From Nodosilinea sp. (lineage in GTDB: Bacteria > Cyanobacteriota > Cyanobacteriia > Phormidesmidales > Phormidesmidaceae): DNA of 64,000 nt. Under the pieces are notes generated by a model. It was not told where the DNA came from, ran no database searches, and saw nothing but the letters and a program-made list of their open reading frames with translations. Numbering within the stretch: the stretch's first letter is position 1; every line of letters starts with the position of its first letter. The position numbers and the translations under genes were made by a program. The stretch covers positions 35,258 through 99,257 of the forward strand of contig JBBAWV010000001.1 in assembly GCA_040396995.1 (NCBI GenBank), given 5' to 3'. Below, in pieces: positions 58,039 through 64,000 of this stretch.

Positions 58039-60030
58039 TTGATCAGGCTACTTCTTAAGATCCAAGAACTGTTCCTCCGCTGGTGGGGCGACTTCACCCT
58101 GCAAACCCGGCTGATGGCGGGGGCGACGTTGGTGGTGTCGCTAATTACCAGCGGCCTCACCTTTTGGGCGGTGAACACGATTCAGTACGATGCGCGACTG
58201 AACGATACCCGCTTTGCTAGGGACTTGGGCCTGCTGCTGGCGGCGAATGTGGCCCCCCTAGTGAACGAAACCGACCGCACGGAACTGGCCCGCTTCTCCT
58301 ACAGTTTCTACCAAAGCACCTCTAGCGTGCGGTATATGCTCTATGCCGACGAGAACGGCGACATTTTCTTTGGTATTCCCTTCTCGGAAGCGGCGGTGCA
58401 GAACTCCCTCACCCTGCGGCGGCGGATGCAGTTGCCAGAGGGCTATGCCGAAACCACCGACCGTCCCCTGGTGCGCCAGCATTTGACCCCCGCCGGGGAA
58501 GTGACCGATGTGTTTGTGCCCCTGAACTACAACGGCAAGCATTTGGGCGTGTTGGCCATGGGCATTAACCCCAACCCCACGGTGGTCGCCTCGTCCCACC
58601 TGACGCGGGATGTCACCATTGCGGTGTTTGTCTCCATTTGGGTGATGGTGATTTTGGGGGCGGTGTTCAACGCGCTCACCATTACCCAGCCCATCAAAGA
58701 ACTGCTGCTGGGGGTGAAAAACATCGCCGCCGGAAACTTTAAGCAGCGGATTGACCTACCCCTGGGCGGCGAACTGGGCGAACTGATCTACAGCTTCAAC
58801 GACATGGCCGAGCGTCTAGAGCGCTATGAAGAGCAAAATATCGAAGAGCTCACTGCCGAAAAGGCCAAGCTCGAAACCCTGGTGTCCACCATTGCCGATG
58901 GGGCGATTTTGCTGGACAGCGACATGCACGCCGTGCTGGTGAACCCCACTGCCCGCCGCCTATTTGGCTGGGAGAACCAAACCCTGGATGGCGAAAATAT
59001 TCTCGAACACCTGCCCAGCCCCGTGCGGGTGCAGCTCACTCGGCCCCTGTTCCAAGCCGTCCAGGGCGAGGCCGAGGCCATGGAATTCCGCATTCCCCTG
59101 ACGGAACCCAGCCACCGTACCCTGCGGATTCTCTTAAATACGGTGCTGGATCAGGCTAAGGAAAACGTGAAGGGGCTGGCGATTACGGTGCAGGACATCA
59201 CCCGCGAAGCTGCCCTCAACGAGGCCAAGGCTCAGTTCATCAGCAACGTCTCCCACGAACTGCGGACGCCGCTGTTCAACATCAAATCCTTCATCGAAAC
59301 CCTGCACGAGTACGGCGAAGACCTGAGCGAAACCGAGCGCAAGGAATTTCTCGAAACCGCCAACCACGAAACCGACCGACTCACTCGCCTGGTCAACGAT
59401 GTGCTCGACCTGTCGCGACTGGAATCGAGCCGTCAGTACGTCATCGACGCTGTGGATATCGTGCAGCCCATCGAGCAAACCCTCCGCACCCACCGCCTCC
59501 ACGCCAGGGACAAGCAGATTGAGTTGTTGCAAGATATTGAACCGAATCTGCCCCCGGTGCTGGGCAACTACGATCTACTGCTACAAGTATTCACCAACCT
59601 GGTGGGGAACGCCCTGAAATTCACCGAACCCGGTGGCCAAGTCACCCTCCGCGCCCGCCGTGTGCCCTGCCAAACCAAGGACGGTAGCCCCGATGAGACC
59701 CAAGCTGACTGCATCCGGGTAGAAGTGGCTGATACCGGAATCGGCATTGCCCCCGAAGACCAGCAGGCCATTTTCGACCGCTTCTTCCGCGTCGAAAACC
59801 GCGTCCATACCTTAGAGGGAACCGGGCTAGGGCTGTCCATCGTCAAAAACATCATTGAGAAGCACAACAGCCAGGTTCACCTAGAAAGTGAGGTTGGCGT
59901 CGGTACGACCTTCTGGTTCGACCTCGCCATTCAGCCGTCAGTCGATGACACGCCCAGCCCATCCGATCCATCCCTGGTTGCTGTCGCTGATTCCGCTCCT
60001 GCGACCCAAACGGTTCTCAGCGCCAATTAG
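58039..60030 (+). CDS. nblS: Sensor histidine kinase NblS/Hik33 (DspA)
   Basis: FTLQTRLMAGATLVVSL, DTRFARDLGLLLA, HAMP, PAS, SNVSHELRTPLFNIKSFIETL, RFFRVENRVHTLEGTGLGL. Confidence 0.95.
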   Translation: MIRLLLKIQELFLRWWGDFTLQTRLMAGATLVVSLITSGLTFWAVNTIQYDARLNDTRFARDLGLLLAANVAPLVNETDRTELARFSYSFYQSTSSVRYMLYADENGDIFFGIPFSEAAVQNSLTLRRRMQLPEGYAETTDRPLVRQHLTPAGEVTDVFVPLNYNGKHLGVLAMGINPNPTVVASSHLTRDVTIAVFVSIWVMVILGAVFNALTITQPIKELLLGVKNIAAGNFKQRIDLPLGGELGELIYSFNDMAERLERYEEQNIEELTAEKAKLETLVSTIADGAILLDSDMHAVLVNPTARRLFGWENQTLDGENILEHLPSPVRVQLTRPLFQAVQGEAEAMEFRIPLTEPSHRTLRILLNTVLDQAKENVKGLAITVQDITREAALNEAKAQFISNVSHELRTPLFNIKSFIETLHEYGEDLSETERKEFLETANHETDRLTRLVNDVLDLSRLESSRQYVIDAVDIVQPIEQTLRTHRLHARDKQIELLQDIEPNLPPVLGNYDLLLQVFTNLVGNALKFTEPGGQVTLRARRVPCQTKDGSPDETQADCIRVEVADTGIGIAPEDQQAIFDRFFRVENRVHTLEGTGLGLSIVKNIIEKHNSQVHLESEVGVGTTFWFDLAIQPSVDDTPSPSDPSLVAVADSAPATQTVLSAN

Positions 60031-60050
60031 TTCCCTGTTGCCATCTAGCT

Positions 60051-61172
60051 ATGCCCCCATCGTCTTCCTCCCCGACCCCAGCGGTCTTGTCCTCTGAGGC
60101 TTCTGGGGCCACGTCGCCCGCAGTTCAGCCCTCCCCCGAACAGGATAGCCATGGGGATCACCTACATCATCATTCCCACGGGCACCATCACCACGGGCAT
60201 TCCCATGGGCACGAGGGCCATAGCCACGTCCATGGCGCGATTGACCCTGAAATTGCCGCCTCAGAGCAGGGCCTTTGGGCGGTGACATGGTCGCTGGTGG
60301 GGCTGGTGATTACGGCGGTGCTTCAGGCGGGGGTGTTCTGGCTTTCTGGCAGCGTGGCCCTGCTGGCGGATCTCATCCACAACGTTGGTGATGCCCTAAC
60401 GGCCCTGCCCCTGGGGGTGGCGTTTTTGATTTCCCGTCGCCCACCCACCGAGCGCTTTGCCTACGGCTTTGGGCGGCTAGAAGACTTGGCGGGATTGGCC
60501 ATCGTGGGGGTGGTGCTGGCTAGTGCGCTAATTACCGCCTACGAATCCATCGAACGCTTTTACCACCCCGAACCCCTCAGCCACTTGGGAGCCTTGGCGG
60601 CGGCGGCCTTGGTGGGATTTGTCGGCAATGAATTAGTGGCCCTATTTCGGATGCAGGTGGGCCGACGGATCAACAGTGCTGCCCTCATTGCTGATGGCCA
60701 ACACGCCATGGCCGATGGGCTGGTGAGTTTGGCGGTGTTGATCAGCGCCCTTGGGGTAAGCCTGGGTTACGCCTGGGCTGATCCGGTGATTGGCCTGGTG
60801 ATCACCGCCGTGCTGCTGAAGATTGTCTGGGAGTCGGGCCAAACCGTGTTTACTCGCCTGCTGGATGGGGTGGAGCCAGAATTTTTGGAAGCGGTGGATC
60901 ACGCCCTGGAGCATGTCCCCGCAGCGCAGACCACCGAAAACCTCAAAGCCCGCTGGTTGGGCCATCGGCTGTATGTGGAGTTAGACGTGGCCCTTGCCCC
61001 CGAATTATCCCTAGCCGCTAGCCAAGCCGTCCTCACCGAGGTCGAAACCGCCCTGAAGCAGCATCTTCCTTACCTAGGTTGGGTTAGGGTGCGCGGCATT
61101 CCGGCAACCCCCGATCAACCCTCCCCGAATCGGTTGGACAGTGGCACACTAGAAACCGACGCCCCTGTTTAG
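60051..61172 (+). CDS. Cation diffusion facilitator (Zn/Co/Cd-type) with His-rich N-terminus
   Basis: SVALLADLIHN.GDA, FAYGFGRLE, ALIADGQHAMAD, ADPV. Confidence 0.92.
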   Translation: MPPSSSSPTPAVLSSEASGATSPAVQPSPEQDSHGDHLHHHSHGHHHHGHSHGHEGHSHVHGAIDPEIAASEQGLWAVTWSLVGLVITAVLQAGVFWLSGSVALLADLIHNVGDALTALPLGVAFLISRRPPTERFAYGFGRLEDLAGLAIVGVVLASALITAYESIERFYHPEPLSHLGALAAAALVGFVGNELVALFRMQVGRRINSAALIADGQHAMADGLVSLAVLISALGVSLGYAWADPVIGLVITAVLLKIVWESGQTVFTRLLDGVEPEFLEAVDHALEHVPAAQTTENLKARWLGHRLYVELDVALAPELSLAASQAVLTEVETALKQHLPYLGWVRVRGIPATPDQPSPNRLDSGTLETDAPV

Positions 61173-61183
61173 AAGGATCTGTA

Positions 61184-61675
61184 ATGGCCATTGACGATTC
61201 CCTGCTAGAGCTGATTTTTAGCGGTGCTAACCTGTTTGTGCTGCCCTTTTGGACGCTGATGGTGCTGGTGCCCAACGCTAAACTCACCCGCACGCTTATG
61301 GCTTCCCTGTGGCCCGTAGCGGCTTTGGCGAGTTTGTACCTGTTCCTGTTTGTGGCTAGCTTTGGCAACGTGGAGGGCATCGAAGCCTTTTCCGATCCCA
61401 ACCTGAAGTTAGCGGACTTGGCCAACCTTTTCGCCATCCCCTTCGTCACGGCTACGGGCTGGGTGCATTACCTGGCGTTTGACCTGTTTGTGGGTCGCTG
61501 GATTTACCTGCAAGGTCAGGAAACCGGGGTCTTCACCCGCCACTCCCTCGCCCTTACCCTGTTTGCGGGGCCGATGGGGCTGTTGTCTCACCTCGTTACG
61601 ACGGCTATCTGGCAGCGGCTAGCTAAACCAACCCCAAACGCCCCCAGCATTGATGCCCCTGATGCTTCCGCCTAA
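61184..61675 (+). CDS. ABA4-like (DUF4281) membrane protein
   Basis: FVLPFWTLM..PN...T, GWVHYLAFDLFVGRWI, LFAGPMGLL.H. Confidence 0.9.
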   Translation: MAIDDSLLELIFSGANLFVLPFWTLMVLVPNAKLTRTLMASLWPVAALASLYLFLFVASFGNVEGIEAFSDPNLKLADLANLFAIPFVTATGWVHYLAFDLFVGRWIYLQGQETGVFTRHSLALTLFAGPMGLLSHLVTTAIWQRLAKPTPNAPSIDAPDASA

Positions 61676-61719
61676 GCCTTGCCTCAGCGCTTCAGCGGTA
61701 AGCAAATTACAATTCCCGG

Positions 61720-62322
61720 TTAGGATTCTTGATCCACAACCTTTAGGGCAAAGGCGGCTAGGGTCAGGCTAAGGCGTGCCCGCTCGATATCTGAGAGGTT
61801 TTGCCAGTCGGCTTGGGGGATGGATTGCAGGTTGAGATCGAGGATTTCGCTATGGCCATCCCGAAGAGAGTAGACCAGGGGGCGAGCTAACACGGCCAAA
61901 TCTCCGGCATCCCAGGTGGGTAGAACGGCTTGGGCACAGGCTACGAGGCGATCTAGGTAGGTTTGACGGTTGGCTTCTAGGGTGGCCACCGCTGTGGCTA
62001 GGGTGTGAAGCAGATCGTCGGATAGGGAAATCTGAAGTTGGGTTTTCAGACGTTGGATGATGGTGGCTACTCTAGGGGCCGAGGCGTTGGCCCACTGGCT
62101 GGTCATCTGGGCCGAAAACCGCTGCCAGCCTTCCGCCAGGGCCGATTCAATCAATGGGTCGTCGTCCCCTAGGGGATCATCGGCAAAGTAGGCTTCTGAG
62201 TCTTCGTGATGGGGCAGCCAAGGGTAGATTGGCGGCGGGCTGACCAGGGCCGAAAGGAGGTCGGCCTTGGCCTGGTCGAGGATCTGGAAATCGGAGTGGG
62301 AAGACGACATGGGCGAGGTCAT
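61720..62322 (-). CDS. Conserved cyanobacterial hypothetical protein
   Basis: YPWLP...YF, DL.VLARPL.YSLR, W..LSDIERARLSL; start moved from 62409. Confidence 0.7.
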   Translation of the reverse strand: MTSPMSSSHSDFQILDQAKADLLSALVSPPPIYPWLPHHEDSEAYFADDPLGDDDPLIESALAEGWQRFSAQMTSQWANASAPRVATIIQRLKTQLQISLSDDLLHTLATAVATLEANRQTYLDRLVACAQAVLPTWDAGDLAVLARPLVYSLRDGHSEILDLNLQSIPQADWQNLSDIERARLSLTLAAFALKVVDQES

Positions 62323-62380
62323 AGCTCTACAGGGAAGATGCACAGGACAGTGATGGATCTTGGTAAAGACTACAGTACCG

Positions 62381-64000
62381 TCAGCAGCCATTCCGTATCC
62401 TATCCTCACTCGGTGTGCCTTCCAGGGTGAATTCCATCAGTTGGCCCTCAGGGCTACCAAAGCGTAGGGCGGTGCCTAGGGCGAGGGGAATTTCTGCCCG
62501 ATGAACATGCTGCCAAGCGGAGCCATCGAAATAGTAGGATCCAAATCGGGATCGATCCCGTAGGTAGTAGGTGGGTTGCTCAGGATTGGGTCCTAGGCCA
62601 TTACGGCAGAAAATTTCCGCATGTTGGCCGGATACCCAGGGCTCTGGGATGACCAAATCATTGTCTGGTAGACGCCCCACCCGCAGCAGCCCGCCGCCCA
62701 TGCGCCAGATCCGGTTGGGATGGTCGGCGCAGCGCATTACTGGGGTTGGGGCATGGGGGAGATCTTGACCAGGCAGTTGGGTCACCGCTGGGTCAATGGG
62801 GTGCAGGAGGGTGCCCTCAAACTGGGGATGCTGGTAGAGCACGGGCAGCGTCCAAGCCGGATGGTTAAACCGATAGACGGTGAGTAGGTGTTGGCGGGCG
62901 GTGGCCATGGCCTGGGCCACACATTGCCGCTGGGCAAGACTCTGGGCCAACACCTGGATAAAACTCAACGCCTCCTCATCGGCAATGGAATCGCGCATGG
63001 CGAGCACCGCTGGTACTCCGTGGTGTAGCAACACCTCCGCCAAGCTACTGCGTGGAATCACTTGGCTTTGGCGTTGATCGGGCTGTGCCCCCCAGCAGGT
63101 ATTAAACACCGCTAGCCGCAGACGACAGCGGGCCAACACCTGGGCCAACTCCATGCCGCTGAGGGTCATCTCTGGGCTCAAAAACAGCAGCCCCCCATCC
63201 GGGGCCGGAACCCCATGCCCTGCGTAGAAAAAGACATTGAACTGGCCCTGCTCTAGGGTGGAGACCAGGGTTTTGGTGTCGGGTTCCACCAGGGTACTCA
63301 CCTGGCAAGGCACCGCCGAGGGGGACGATCCAATCCGCGAGGCACTCTGTTCTAGCAGGTGCTTGAGGACAGCCGCCTCCTGGGCCAGTTGCAGCGTCGC
63401 CGCCGATACCCCCCCCCGGCCCACCGCCTCCTGACCCAGCACCAACAAAATTCGCAGCGATGAATTAAGGGCAAGTGGCGGCAGGGTATCGACGGCGCTG
63501 GTGGTGCGGCTAAATAAAATCTGCGGCCCTAGAGACACCGCCGGACGACCGGGCTCTGGCTGCATAATTTCCCAGGGCAGGCTAATTAGTTCTGGAGCCC
63601 GAATTTCGAGCTGAAGGTGCAGGGGACAGCCTAGGCCCATGGCCATACCCAAACTGCGTTCTAGGGTAGATCGCAGGGGGCCATCGAACAACCAGTTCCA
63701 CAGACTGACCCCTAGCCCCTGCATCAGCCGTCCGGTTTGCCCTCCTGTCTCCAGGGGTGGCCCCACCTGATCTAGCAGGGCATCAAGGTCAAACTGGGGC
63801 ACGTAGGTTGAGGGGACGTGGGGCACCAGGGGCAGGCCGCGCAGGGAGAAAAAATCCTGCCATCTGGCCCATAGTTGAGACATGGCCTCATCCCATACCC
63901 GGTCGTGGTGGGCGTAGCCATCGGGGAAGGGGCTATTGAGCACCCAAATGGCATAGTGGTTGGCATCCGCCTTGGTCAGTCGATCTAGGGCAAGGCGTAG
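62381..64000 (-). CDS. CHAT-domain protein with C-terminal FHA domain (5' end outside window)
   Basis: Frame open to the window edge; LPWE, FFYAGHG, VFNTCWG, VLAMR (CHAT); LRVGR..NDL...VSGQHA...RSRFGS (FHA). Confidence 0.88.
   Translation of the reverse strand, partial: LRLALDRLTKADANHYAIWVLNSPFPDGYAHHDRVWDEAMSQLWARWQDFFSLRGLPLVPHVPSTYVPQFDLDALLDQVGPPLETGGQTGRLMQGLGVSLWNWLFDGPLRSTLERSLGMAMGLGCPLHLQLEIRAPELISLPWEIMQPEPGRPAVSLGPQILFSRTTSAVDTLPPLALNSSLRILLVLGQEAVGRGGVSAATLQLAQEAAVLKHLLEQSASRIGSSPSAVPCQVSTLVEPDTKTLVSTLEQGQFNVFFYAGHGVPAPDGGLLFLSPEMTLSGMELAQVLARCRLRLAVFNTCWGAQPDQRQSQVIPRSSLAEVLLHHGVPAVLAMRDSIADEEALSFIQVLAQSLAQRQCVAQAMATARQHLLTVYRFNHPAWTLPVLYQHPQFEGTLLHPIDPAVTQLPGQDLPHAPTPVMRCADHPNRIWRMGGGLLRVGRLPDNDLVIPEPWVSGQHAEIFCRNGLGPNPEQPTYYLRDRSRFGSYYFDGSAWQHVHRAEIPLALGTALRFGSPEGQLMEFTLEGTPSEDRIRNGC

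Noticed and set aside
1-64000. CCTAGG or TGGCCA as a replacement highly iterated palindrome
   Set aside because: About 30 CCTAGG versus about 20 expected is modest, and TGGCCA may be codon-driven; cannot be claimed without proper statistics

Overview
Bacterial chromosomal DNA of roughly 58-60% GC, from a cyanobacterium. The evidence is nblS/hik33, gifA with an NtcA site, CpcS-type lyases, hpsL, a Psb35-like ORF, Uma2 and STRR heptamers; it is probably a filamentous Leptolyngbya/Nodosilinea-like strain (inference). Left to right: an iron/oxidative-stress cluster (Fur paralog, dps, 2Fe-2S protein, Asr1405-family protein, TonB-anchor-like protein, futA) with Fur-box-like palindromes; mixed core genes (lepB, mazG, hpsL, GAF-GAF-GGDEF, M48 peptidase, ispG, tRNA-Leu, nadE); a ~16 kb accessory island; a PAS-kinase/response-regulator/GGDEF-EAL triad; then core genes (peptide-family ABC binding protein, gifA, CHASE4 adenylate cyclase, sbcC, ftsH, nblS, CDF, ABA4-like, CHAT-FHA). 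The island (about 25.6-41.9 kb) is bounded by near-identical 66/67-bp inverted repeats. It holds a co-oriented cluster divergent from an AraC regulator: BASS transporter, outer-membrane barrel, two DUF1254/1214 proteins, arylsulfatase, DUF2092, two small Arg-rich secreted paralogs, DUF1345 and unknowns. Single genes bracketed by repeats (Uma2, an ankyrin fragment) sit inside it, and a duplicated Zn-finger-like ORF lies just outside. Small mobile repeats (REP/REPIN-like hairpins, a MITE with TSD) are common. No CRISPR array, rRNA, transposase or integrase was seen. Family calls come from motif recognition, not database searches, and start codons adjusted from the ORF track are best guesses.
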